Shown here: positions 14,385 to 27,703 of the stretch, piece after piece | Layout of the letters: the number at the start of each line of letters is the position of its first letter | Numbering within the stretch: the first letter of the stretch is position 1 | From: Eledone cirrhosa | Taxonomy: Eukaryota | Length of the DNA stretch: 64,000 bases | NCBI GenBank assembly: GCA_964016885.1 | Contig: OZ024756.1 | Coordinates: 42,160,001-42,224,000 of the forward strand | Direction: 5' to 3' | Notes under the pieces: generated by a model | Databases searched by the model: none | Told to the model about the DNA's origin: nothing | Seen by the model: the letters and a program-made list of their open reading frames with translations, nothing else | Position numbers and translations under genes: made by a program

Positions 14385-15069
14385 CATTTGTCAGTAGAGG
14401 TGTAATGGGATTACTGAAACTGACATGAAAGTTTCATCTGAATGGTGCAATAAGGTTATTAGAATAATTTCAATTTTTGCAACGCCATTTCTTACACACA
14501 CACACATATATATTATATATTGTGTGTGTGTGTAGGCACACATATTCACATAATTATACATTATATACTTACATATAAATGTGTGCGTGTGTATATATAT
14601 ACTCACATACATACTTACATATAAATGTGTGTGTATATATTTATATGTGTATATATGCATACACATATATACACACACACACTATATATATATAAAAACA
14701 CACACACAGATATGTGTGTGTGTACAGACATACATTTATATGTGTGTGCTTACTGTAACGATATATTTTGTTAGTGGTTAACATAATTAGTTAAGGTAAT
14801 GCTTCTTCTAATTAGGGTTAAGGTGAGCAGCATTTACTTTTAGCAGCACAGCTGAACAGTAATCAACACAGGACACACTTCAAGGAACATCATACTCACA
14901 TTTTATATAATAGAATAATCGTAATTCACCTTTTTGCACCTGGTAAAAACTCGTGTGTATATAACTATGAATAGATAGACAGATGCATGCATACATACAT
15001 ACATACAGACTCAAACACACATATATTTATACATGTACACACACGTATATATATATATATACATATATA

Positions 15070-15246
15070 TAGTGAAATTCCATCATAACGAAATTCACGG
15101 GGTATAAAAAAAATTCGTTGTAACGAAAAATTCTTTGTAATGAGATCGACCGAAACACATCGAGCGTGTGATCTGGAATTGAAAATATGTTCGTTATACT
15201 GAAAAATCTGTTATAATGGTATTCGTTATAACGGAATTTTACCTGT
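15070..15246. mobile_element. pogo/Tigger-like MITE
   Basis: TIRs AGTGAAATTCCATCATAACGAA / TTCGTTATAACGGAATTTTACCTG, in TA context. Confidence 0.65.
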
Positions 15247-16148
15247 ATATATATATAAATAAAACTATTTCTACACAAAAACGTTTACACGGGAAATTAC
15301 TGGTGAAGTAAGATACATAGTAAATAAATTGAACAAATTTAACTAACTATTTAATTAGCCATATGGTTAATTATATAGTAGATGGACAATAACAGTTAAT
15401 TTATAAACGGCATCCCCTTTCATTTATTCTGCTTGGTCTTTGAGATTCTTACTAGCTGTCATTAAAAAAATTCTGACCAACGTATTTTACTATTAACCAT
15501 ATAATTATATATATATATATATATATATAAAGTTTAATATAGGCTTCTACAGGACTAGAACTGTTTCATTCAAAAGAAATCAGCAGATGTTTATGCTCTA
15601 CTAATGTATTGAGTACCTCATTAACTGTTGTTAACCCCAATTGAACCCCCTACTCACACACATACATACATATATATATATATATATAATCATCACCGTT
15701 TAACGCCCATTTCCCACACTAGCATGGGTTAGACGAGTTGTCCCGTTGTGAGATACGTCGGATCAGATGATCGGGTCTTACTCATTATATACATATGTGT
15801 GTATAAATATGTTTGTGTATATAGGTGTGCGTAATATAGGGTTATTATACCTAATAAATATTTAACTAATTCAACTATTTAATATATATATATATATATA
15901 TATAAATATATATATATATAAATATATATATATATTTATATATATTGCAATGGTTGTGTTTGAATCTAAGACAATAGCAGTATTATCTGGGTGTGGTACT
16001 GGTGTTACGTTGTTTGTAGATTTGGACTGACAAACGACTGCAGGTACGATTTCTTTTGAAGAATTGCGTTATTATAAACCATATTATTATTATTTCGCAA
16101 CTGTTGATCACGAGTTATTTGTAATTGTTGTCTATAGATAGATAGATG

Positions 16149-16245
<97 letters not shown>

Positions 16246-16338
16246 ATTTATATTTCAAGGGTACTTTCCAGGGATAACTTGAACCGTTAAGATATATTAT
16301 CCTTGGTTATGTCAAATATTTATAAAACATTTTGTATA

Positions 16339-16389
<51 letters not shown>

Positions 16390-16393
<4 letters not shown>

Positions 16394-16812
16394 AGATCAA
16401 AAGATGGTTAAAAGAGTTCCATGTATTTTATTATGCGCATTTCAAAAACAAATATCATCATGCAATAACATTTGCGTTTTCGTCAGATAAAATAGGGAGA
16501 CATGATATGAAGGTTAAACCACACTTGTGAATAGTGCAGTTTTAAATCAACATATCATATGTTGATTTAAAACTGCACTATTCACAAGTGTGTTTTAACC
16601 TTCATATCATGTCTCCCTATTTTATCTGACGAAAACGCAAATGTTATTGCATGATGATATTTGTTTTTGAAATGCGCATAATAAAATACATGGAACTCTT
16701 TTAACCATCTTTTGATCTTATATATTATTTATACTCCAGTCCTACAAATTGTAGAGTGCTTCTTATCCGATATCTGCATTGCTTTATTGTACTACAATAA
16801 AACTCACCTCCT
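16390..16812. mobile_element. Family A element, near-perfect palindrome with ~165-bp arms plus 3' tip, in TA tract
   Basis: 16390-16555 is the reverse complement of 16557-16722; each arm has a hammerhead motif (- 16424-16494, + 16618-16688). Confidence 0.85.
16618..16688 (+). ncRNA. Type I hammerhead ribozyme motif, family A
   Basis: Stem I TATTTTAT/ATAAAATA, core CTGACGA, 36-nt stem II hairpin, GAAA, palindromic stem III ATGCGCAT, AUA cleavage triplet. Confidence 0.8.
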
Positions 16813-16814
16813 AC

Positions 16815-16876
<62 letters not shown>

Positions 16877-17184
16877 AAACGTGTTGATATCTGTGATTAT
16901 CAAGCACCTTGTTAAGGGGAATGACAAACGTAGTTGTATCTTGTACTATGACGGGGCCTTTTGAATATAATTTACGTCGATAATCTACATTAATTAACAA
17001 ATTAAAACAAGTTTATGTAAATATCCTTTTCGACAATTATTTTATTATTGGAATTTAATAAAATCGAACGAATTATCAATACGTATGTTTTACTTGTCAC
17101 TTTCTTGTGTTGTCGGTTTCATTATCAGCCACCTTGGTTAGAAATTATAAACAAACATTTGCAGATAACGATCATAATTACTGC

Positions 17185-17560
17185 TGTAAACCTATCGAAC
17201 TTAATCAATATTATAAATCGATATTATAAAATATAAATATATCTTTGGTGTAGATAATGATGTCTTGAGTTACTCCTGTAAACCTATCGAATTCAATCAA
17301 TCTTTCCGTCTTTATCGATGTTATAAAATATAAATATATCTTTGGTATTGATAACGAGATCTTATAGTTACTAGTGTAAACCTATCGAATTCAATCAATC
17401 TTTCCGACTTTATTTTAGATCGATATTATAAAATATAAATATATCTTTGGTATTGATAACGAGATCTTATAGATACTAGTGTAAACCTATCGAATTTAAT
17501 CAATCTTTCCGACTTTATTTTAGATCGATGTTATAAAATATAAACGTATCTTTGGTAGAT
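17185..17560. repeat. ~92-105-bp tandem repeat, about 4 copies
   Basis: gtaaacctatcgaa recurs at ~17186, 17278, 17376 and 17481. Confidence 0.85.
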
Positions 17561-17949
17561 TTTAAATGTAATCGAGCAATATAAATATGCTTTATTTATA
17601 ATGTTATTTACGCATTTGTTATGTTATTTATGCATATATTTAAAACATATTAGCAACATTATTCTATTGTAAATTTATATAACTGTAATCAAATGTTTTA
17701 CACATGTATTCGACATTAAAGCTGGAATATTAAACATAAAATGTCTTCTTCGCCAATATTCTCCCTTTAGATTCTGTATTAATTCATATAAAATGTCATA
17801 TATGTTTCTCGTGTGTGTTTTGTTATATTTCAAGAGGAGATATCTGGTTAACTTATTGATCAACAGGAGGAAATCACTGGAGTTCGATTTTCATCACAAT
17901 CATTATATTTGTGTAATGTGTATGTGTGTGTGTGTATGTGTATATATAT

Positions 17950-18135
17950 ACGTAGGTCCCGGGTTGAGTCGGGGATAACCAGAGTAAGTTACTCAATACA
18001 TGGCAGAGTAAACATTTTTTATTTTATAGAAGGAGCTTCTACAGGACTAGTACTGTTTCATTCAGATGAAATCTTCCTGAAGATTTCATCTGAATGAAAC
18101 AGTACTAGTCCTGTAGAAGCTCCTTCTATAAAATA
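17950..18135. mobile_element. Family B hammerhead element, fold-back
   Basis: Palindrome centred ~18077; + arm CTTC-CTGAAGA-TTTCATCTGAAT-GAAA-CAG..CTG-TA-GAAG (18073-18119); relatives at 9884-10005, 15540-15650 and 48299-48438. Confidence 0.78.
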
Positions 18136-18163
18136 ATATATATATATATATATATATTTATTA

Positions 18164-18425
18164 ATTAAAATAACAGATTAAAGTTTAAGCAAAGAATCGC
18201 TGCTTTCACCCTTAACGGGATCTTCTGAAACTAACAAAGTCAATCTGTAAACGCAGATTGACTTTGTTAGTTGCAGAAGATCCCGTTAAGGGTGAAAGCA
18301 GCGATTCTTTGCTTAAACTTTAATCTGTTATTTTAATAAATATTTGCTCTACGGTTCTTATATATTTGATATATAGTTATCCTTATCGAGCCCTCTTTGG
18401 ATTTTAGTCTTCAATTTTATTATTA
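18164..18425. mobile_element. Family C hammerhead-like element, fold-back with ~85-bp arms plus 3' tip
   Basis: Palindrome centred ~18250; CAGAAGA-TCCCGTTAAGGGT-GAAA-GCA..TGC-TT-AAACT at 18269-18319; relatives at 8730-8820 and ~58345-58385. Confidence 0.7.
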
Positions 18426-18426
18426 T

Positions 18427-18473
<47 letters not shown>

Positions 18474-19064
18474 ACATGTGTGTGTGGGGGTGTATACATG
18501 TGTGTGTGTATACATGTGTGTATGGAGGTGTATACGTGTGTGTGTGTGTATACATAAGTGTGTATATATATATAGTCTATTGTACTTAAATAAGCTCAGT
18601 AGTAAATTCTACACCCCACCCCTATAAGCCCCACCCATAGCCTAAATTTAACACTATTACACACAAATCCCTACACATGACTAATACTTTCACCCCTAAC
18701 ATAAGTATACATATACACCACAGTATTTATAATCGATGTTAATAAAGCTACGAAGATATCGAAATAATATATTTTGTATCGGAATTACCTTTTAGAATAA
18801 ATATTATATTTATAAATTTATATTAAAAAAAATAAAAAATAGATTTGTGTAACCACATTCCTTTCGTTTGGAATTATTAGTATTATAGTTTAGATAAACT
18901 CCTTATTAAATCGGATGATTGTGTACTTGGTGTTGTTGTATATGTATAATCGATATGTGTGTATCTATCTCTCTACACGTTTTTATTGTATGTAAACTTC
19001 CCCCTTTGTATTTGTCCCCTTCTTTTGTGCCTCTGTGGCTAATAAAGAAACATCTCTCTCTCTC

Positions 19065-19574
19065 TATATATATATATCTATATCTATATATATATCTATA
19101 TATATATATCTCTATATATATATCTATATATATATATCTATATATATATATATATATCTATATATATATATCTATATATATATATCTATATATATATATA
19201 TCTATATATATATATATCTATATATATATATATCTATATATATATATATATCTATATATATATATATCTATATATATATATATATATCTATATATATATA
19301 TATATATATATATATCTATATATATATATATATCTATATCTATATATATATATATCTATATATATATATATCTATATATATATATATCTATATATATATA
19401 TATCTATATCTATATATATATATCTATATATATATATATATCTATCTCTCTATATATATATCTATCTATATATATATATCTATCTCTATATATATATCTC
19501 TATATATATATATCTATATATATCTATATATATATATATATCTATATATATCTATATATCTATATATATCTATA

Positions 19575-19607
<33 letters not shown>

Positions 19608-19614
19608 ATATATA

Positions 19615-19649
<35 letters not shown>

Positions 19650-19656
19650 ATCTATA

Positions 19657-19691
<35 letters not shown>

Positions 19692-19698
19692 ATCTATA

Positions 19699-19733
<35 letters not shown>

Positions 19734-20446
19734 ATCTATATCTATATATATATATATCTATATATATATATATCTATATATATCTATATATATATATATA
19801 TATATATCTATATATATATATATATATCTATATATCTATATATATATATATATATATCTATATCTATATATCTATATATATATATCTATATATATATATC
19901 TATATATATATATCTATATATATATATCTATATATATATATCTCATATATATATCTATATATATATATCTATATATATATATCTCATATATATATCTATA
20001 TATATATATCTATATATATATATCTATATATATATATCTCATATATATCTCTATATATATATATCTATATATATATATATCTATATATATATCTATATAT
20101 ATATATCTCTATATATATATCTATATCTATATATATCTATATATATATCTATATATATATATATCTATATATATATATATCTATATATATATATATCTAT
20201 ATATATATATATCTATATATATATATCTCTATATATATATATATCTATATATATATCTATCTATATATATATCTCTATATATATATCTCTATATATATAT
20301 CTATCTATATATATATCTATCTATATATATATCTATCTATATATATATCTCTATATATATATCTATCTATATATATATCTCTATATATATATATCTATAT
20401 ATATATATCTATATATATATCTATATATATATCTATGTATATATAT
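19065..20446. repeat. ~1.4-kb (TA)n microsatellite interspersed with TC
   Basis: Direct inspection. Confidence 0.97.
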
Positions 20447-21220
20447 CCTTTATGTTGGAAGCAAATAATTAGAATTAAGACTCCGTCTATTACGTAATCC
20501 TTTAATTTAATAGGGATTAAAATAATGTATACATACATATATATATGTGTGTGTGTATATATAAATCTAATTTTATTTTAAATAGGTTTCTGAAGTTTAA
20601 ACTATCGGCTCCAGGTAGTCTAAGCGGTGTTAATATTTTTAGCTATGTAATACCGCCGTTAGTTTCTATAAAAATGATGTTATTTTAATCAACAGGTGCG
20701 TTAGAGAACGAACATTAAATCCGAAAGTAAGGCGTTTTATTTATTAATGGTAGCGATGAAATAAATATTATAAATAAAATAATTATGTGCTTGTTATGAC
20801 GAATGTCATATTATTGATATTTTAATATATATCTCGGATGAATTAAAAGAAAAAAATATATTAAAATATATCTAAAAATTAAAGGAAAAAAAAAAAAAGA
20901 CAGCAAAACATCACACCCCTTGTCCCCTTCCCTACACACGTTCCTAGCTGCTGCCCCATTGTAAAGTGGATGGTGATTGGAAGGTCTTTCAGTCGTAGAA
21001 AGCTTGCCAAACAAAGAGTTGAGAGGACCCTTAGTTGTGTCAAAGACATGACAACCTCACCTGTGCACACCGTGGAACATTAGATGGTACATATGCAAGA
21101 TATAGATCCCTGACCTCTCTGGGAGATTAGTAGCCACTGCTTCACTACTGACTTTGTCTATGTAGACCTGTCTAACCCTGGCTAGCAGGGAAGGTGGATG
21201 TTAAAACAATGATGATGATG

Positions 21221-22537
21221 GTAATAAAGGGTTAATGACATAGACAGTGTCTTTCATTAGAAATATAGTAATGAAAGGTTTAATGACTGACATAGACAGT
21301 GCCTTTCATTAGAAATATAGTAATGAAAGGTTTAATGACATAGACAGTGTCTTTCATTAGAAATATGGTAATGAAAGTGTTAATGACATAGACAGTGTCT
21401 TTCACTAGAAATATGGTAATGAAAGTGTTAATGACATAGACAGTGCCTTTCATTAGAAATATAGTAATGACAGGTTTAATGACTGACATGGACAGTGTCT
21501 TTCATTAGAAATATAGTAATGAAAGGGTTAATGACATAGACAGTGTCTTTCATTAGAAATATAGTAATGAAAGGGTTAATGACATAGACAGTGTCTTTCA
21601 CTAGAAATATAGTAATGAAAGTGTTAATGACATAGACAGTGTCTTTCATTAGAAATATTCTAATGAAAGGGTTAATGACATAGACGGTGTCTTTCACTAG
21701 AAATATGGTAATGAAAGGGTTAATGACATAGACAGTGTCTTTCATTAGAAATATGGTAATGAAAGGGTTAATGACATAGACAGTGTCTTTCATTAGAAAT
21801 ATAGTAATGAAAGGGTTAATGACATAGACAGTGTCTTTCATTAGAAATATGGTAATGAAAGGGTTAATGACATAGACAGTGCCTTTCATTAGAAATATGG
21901 TAATGAAAGTGTTAATGACATAGACAGTGTCTTTCATTAGAAATATAGTAATGAAAGGGTTAATGACATAGACAGTGTCTTTCACTAGAAATATAGTAAT
22001 GAAAGTGTTAATGACATAGACAGTGTCTTTCATTAGAAATATGGTAATGAAAGGGTTAATGACATAGACAGTGTCTTTCATTAGAAATATGGTAATGAAA
22101 GGGTTAATGACATAGACAGTGTCTTTCACTAGAAATATGGTAATGAAAGGGTTAATGACATAGACAGTGCCTTTCATTAGAAATATGGTAATGAAAGTGT
22201 TAATGACATAGACAGTCTTTCATTAGAAATATGATAATGAAAGTGTTAATTTCATAGACAGTGTCTTTCATTAGAAATATAGTAATGAAAGTGTTAATGA
22301 CATAGACAGTGTCTTTCATTAGAAATATAGTAATGAAAGTGTTAATGACATAGACAGTGTCTTTCACTAGAAATATAGTAATGAAAGTGTTAATGACATA
22401 GACAGTGTCTTTCATTAGAAATATGGTAATGAAAGGGTTAATGACATAGACAGTGTCTTTCACTAGAAATATGGTAATGAAAGGGTTAATGACATAGACA
22501 GTGTCTTTCATTAGAAATATGGTGATGAAAGAGTTAC
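21221..22537. repeat. 48-bp minisatellite, about 27 copies
   Basis: Unit taatgacatagacagtgtctttcattagaaatatggtaatgaaagggt. Confidence 0.97.
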
Positions 22538-22991
22538 CTCCCTTTACGATCTGAGTTCAAATCCTGTTGAGGTTAACTTTGCCTTTCATCCTTACGGGGT
22601 CGATACAATAAAATACCAGTAATGCACAGGGATCGATTTAATCGACTCCCCTGTCCCCCAAAAAAGAAAAATTGTTGGCGTTATGCCTAAATTAGAAACC
22701 ATTATTGTTGATGTTGTGATGGTGGTTTTGATATTATTATGGTTGTGTTGATGTTGATGATGATCATGATCACCCCCCTGTCATCATCTGTGGTTTCTTT
22801 CTTTTGAACACTAGTGACAATTGTAAGTAAGATTTATAAAATCACCTTTTATCTTTTCCTTATTTTCAGATCAAAACATCTTTTGGTGTTTGAAGCAAGT
22901 AAAATATTGCCTTGAGATGGCCAAGTGAATAGAAGAAACAGAATTTTGTAAATTTTGAAAGAGTTTTTTTTTTAATTTATCAACTGTAATA

Positions 22992-23072
22992 ATGTCTGCT
23001 CATGTATTATCACCATCAACATCGCAGGACTCATCACCTGGTTCAGACAGTCCAATTTTTATGGAATGGAAG
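22992..23072 (+). CDS. DIXDC1: Dixin coding exon 1 ([27 protein letters not shown])
   Basis: ATG in ataATGt context; acceptor ttttcag at 22869 upstream (5' UTR part 22870-22991); donor AAG|gtcagt in phase 0 fits the next exon. No homology support. Confidence 0.65.
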
Positions 23073-25002
23073 GTCAGTAGATTTTAGCCATTATTTTAGT
23101 TTCTTAATATATATTTTGTGTTTTACATTAAAGTCAGTTTCTACCAGAAGTTGTGACTAAAAGATTGTTTGTATCAGCAATGGAAAGACCAATGAAACAT
23201 TATTTCCTTGGTCTGATCTGATAACCAGCTCCTTTCTTCCATCAAGAGTTGTGACCAACAGATAATATCAGCAATGGGAAGACCAATGGAAACAACATTT
23301 CCTTGGTCAGATCTGATAACCAGCTTCTTTTCTTCCACCAGGAGTTGTGACTGATTGATAATATCAATAATGGAAACATAATGCCATGGGTTTGATTCAT
23401 AGACTGGGCTGTGTGTTGTGTTCTTGAGCAAAACATTTCATTTCATGTTGCTCCAGTATACTCAGCTGAAAATGAGTACCAGCAGCAGTAGCTGGGAGTT
23501 TAACCCTGCGATGGACTGGTGTCCTGTCCAGGGGGAAGCCTTGTACTCTCAGTCACTTAACATCACGGAAACTGGGATAAACACCGGCCTGGTGAGCCTC
23601 CGGACTCAAGACAGACTTTAGACAATATGTCTGCATAAAGTTATTACAGACGGAGAGAGAGGGAGAGAGTGGATGGACAGATAGAGAGAGGATGGAGAAA
23701 TAGAGCTAAGAGGGAGATAAGAAGAGAGAGGGGGATTTAATGGTCAAAACCACTTACTTAAGGTAACCATAGGTAAAATGTGTCTACTGATTCACTAATG
23801 TTCTTAAAACCAGAGTTATCCATTTACTTCCTATAAGGAGTGATCTGGTTCTTCAATGCTATTTCTAATGTCACATTCTTTAAATGGCTGGACAACTGTC
23901 TCTCCTCTAGTCTTATCCTTAATGTTCAACATCCTGAAATAATTTAGCAGAAAATAGATTTGTTAATTTAAATGTTTATAGTGTCTCTATTAGTGGACAA
24001 ATTGTGAAAAAAATAGCAGTATTAGAGTAAAGACTTTAATGTTTTAATGTGATGTTACCATAGTGTTGTTTTGTACTCTCCAAGAATGTCTTGCTAATGT
24101 GGTTTCTTAATTTAAATGTTTATAGTATATTTACTAGTTTACAGATTATTGTGAAAGCACCAGAAGTCTCCACCACTATAGGGTCAACAATAACAGTTAG
24201 TAGGGAGGTGGTACTGGGACCCAGAATACCAGAGATCTCCACCACTATAGGGTCAACAATAACAGTTAGTAGGGAGGTGCTACTGGGACCCAGAACACCA
24301 GAAGACTCCACCACTATAGGGTTCAACACGAGAGTTAGTAGGGAGGTGGTTTAGGGGCCTAGAACACTAGAAGTCTCCACCACTATAGGGCCAACAACAA
24401 CAGTTAGTAGGGAGGTAGTTAGGGGTACCATGATCACCAATAATGAAAATAAAATAAAATTGAATTAAAAAAAACCCCAACAAACTTGTCATGCTAGGGA
24501 TATCATGGTGATGCAATCAAAATCTAAAGTTTGTCTAAACAAGAATATATCTTACATAAAGTGTTGATGACTTTAAAAATGTTATTTCTTCAATATGAGA
24601 ATAAATATTTACATTCCCTTTCCTAATTCACTGCATTTTCTTGGTTTTATAGATTTTCTTTGCATTTTCAAACAAAGATCAGATCATACTTTCTTTTCCA
24701 CAGCTGTTCCTAGTGCCTGCTGCCTTTCTTTTACACTTTTGTTGGGTCTCTTAAACTGGCTGTGACACACACACACACACTCTCTGTCTCTCCCCCTCTC
24801 TCTCTCTGTTTCTTCCCTCTCTCTCTCCCTCCTACCTCCCTTCCTTCTCTGTCTGTCTATGTCTCCCTTTTCCTCTCCCTGTCTCCCTCTTTCTCTGTCT
24901 GTCTGTCTGTCTCAGTCTATTAACTAGCCCTGTTTGATGCAATGACAATACCACACATACACAGTCTCTCTGTCTCAGTCTAATAGAAGTTATTGAGAGG
25001 GA

Positions 25003-25054
<52 letters not shown>

Positions 25055-27657
25055 AGATGAGGGAGTGAGTGATAGTTTTCCAAAGGAAGGAGTTAGGAGG
25101 AGGAGGCAAAAAGAAATATTTTAGTGGCTACTTTAACAACTGTGTGTCTGTGATAACAATAGTTAGCACAAGGAGCTGGATGTTGTGGTTTACACATACA
25201 TACTGACACTATCTCTCTTACACACACACTGCTGACACTATCTCTCTTACACACACACTGCTGACACTGTGTCTCTTACACACACACTGCTGACACTGTG
25301 TCTCTTACACACACACTGCTGACACTGTCTCTCTCACACACACTCACACACATACTGCTGACACTGTCTCTCACACACACATACTGCTGACACTATCTCT
25401 CACACTCACACACACACTACTGACACTATCTTTTGCTTTCACACACACACATACTGCTGACACTATCTCTCTCTCACACACACTGACACACACACACATA
25501 CTGCTGACACTCTCCCATGAAGAGACACACACTCACTCATTCTCTCTCATGCATAGACATACACTGACATTCACACACACACACACATACTCGCATACAA
25601 ACACTCTCCCTCTCACACACAAACACACACATATGCTCTTTCATACACAAACACTCACATTATCTGTCACACACATACACACACACTAACACAAACACTC
25701 TCTCTCATACACACATTATCTGTCACACACTCTCTCTCTCCATGTCCTATACAGCAGCAGTTATCAAACTACTGCACCTTATATTACATATTAAACCAAA
25801 ACATGTCTTATGAACCACACGAAGATGATGAAGAGACTTCTCTTGAAATTAGTCTCTCTGATTTAGTATTCCCAGAAGTACTGCAGGTAAATCATATTCT
25901 AAAACAATAAAAATTTGGCCAAGAAAATCTAATTTAATTGTCAACATCTTAATAATAATAATAATAATGAAATTATTGTGTTCAGTGCTCAGGTGCACTA
26001 CAACTCATCAAAAGTGCATGTATAGTTTGTAATGATTTAGCTGAAATTATCTAAAAACAGATTTGTTAATTCAAATGTTTATAGTATCTTTACTGGTGGA
26101 CAGACTAAATTGTTAACATTTGCAGGAAAATAAAGGCTTTGATATTTAATGTGATGCAGTCATAGTGTTGTTTTGTACTTTTCAAGAATGTCTTGTTAAT
26201 GTGGTTTGTTAATTCAAATGTTTATAAATATTTTTACTGGTAGACAGATTGTCGTGAAAATTAGCAGTACTCTAAAGTAAAGACTTTAATGTGATGTAGC
26301 CATAGTATTTTGTTCTTTCCAAGAATGTCTTGTTAATGTGGTTTGTTAATTCAAATGTTTATAATATTTTTACTGGTAGACAGATTGTTGTGAAAATTTG
26401 CAGTATTAGAGTAAAGACTTCAATTTTAAATGTGATGTAGTCATAGTGAAGTTTTGTTTTTACAAGAATGTCTTACTAATGTGGTTTGTTGCAGTACAGG
26501 ATGTTAGGGTCTAAAATGAAATAGAAATAACTATTGACAGTTGTCTTGTATTTTGTCTTCCTTTAACCCCGTTGTTACTATATTTCAAATGAAAGACCTT
26601 ACCTATGATTTAAAAAATAATCAAGAATTTGGAGGGATTTAGTATTCTATCCAACTTTCTCATTATTAAGTTGATATTTTAAAACGTAACTTAATAGAGT
26701 TTCCTACATAAAATTATGACAGAAGGATTTTATATAAGATAAACACTTAAAATCAAGTTTCGTATCGTAGAACCAGGGGCAGTTTTAGGTGTTTTGATAT
26801 CAAAAGAGTTAGTATGGCGTTGACCCTGAATAACTGGCAACCATCTTCTACAATAAGATAACATTTGTTATATTCACATGTTTATATTTGTTATTATTCA
26901 ATTATTGGTGGTGGTGTCTTGCTTTTATTAAACTGTGCAAGGGGTGGACCTTGTTATTATTAAACTATGTAGGGGTGGATTGATGAATCAGTAGAGCGTC
27001 AGACAATGTTTCCTGTCATTTGTTCCTCCTCTTTATGGTCAGATTCCACAGAGGTCAACTTTGCCTTTCACCTTTCAGGGGTCGATAAAATACAGTACCA
27101 GTTACATTATTAGGGGTTATATACAGCACCGGTCACACTACAAGAGTTAATAAAATACAGTACCATGGGTTGATATAATATAGTACCAGTAACTTACTGG
27201 GGTTGATATAATGAACTTTCTCTTTCCTTCAAATTACTGGCTGTGTAACAGTGATGGAAATAATTAGTTCAACTGTGTTCATTCCTTTGTTGTTAACTAA
27301 TAATAATAGAGTGAGATGGCTAGGTCATGTGTTGAGGAAGGATGTCAGTGACTGGGTGAGAGGAATATAGACAGTGATGAATATTGTGAAGAGAGAGATG
27401 GAGTGAGATGGCTGGGTCATGTGCAGTGAAATGACTTTAAAATAGTAGTAGTAGTAGTAGTAGCAGCAGCAGTAGTAGTAGCAGCAGCAGTAGTAGTAGT
27501 ATAATCCATCACACATGCCCTCTAATTTCAAGTCCTCTTATCCTCTTATTTGCTGGTCTGTCTTGTGTTTAGATTAGATTCTAAACTTTGTTCAGGTTCC
27601 AACTTGCTGGACAGTTGCTTTCTGATGAATCTTTTAAGAGGGAAACCCCAAGTTAGA

Positions 27658-27703
<46 letters not shown>

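Noticed and set aside
18919-20472. 517-aa and 477-aa ORFs
   Set aside because: Translations of a TA/TC microsatellite (YIYI..) that lacks stops by composition.
21221-22537. CRISPR-like regular array and 233-aa repeat ORF
   Set aside because: Units are contiguous with no unique spacers, there are no cas genes and the context is eukaryotic; it is a minisatellite.
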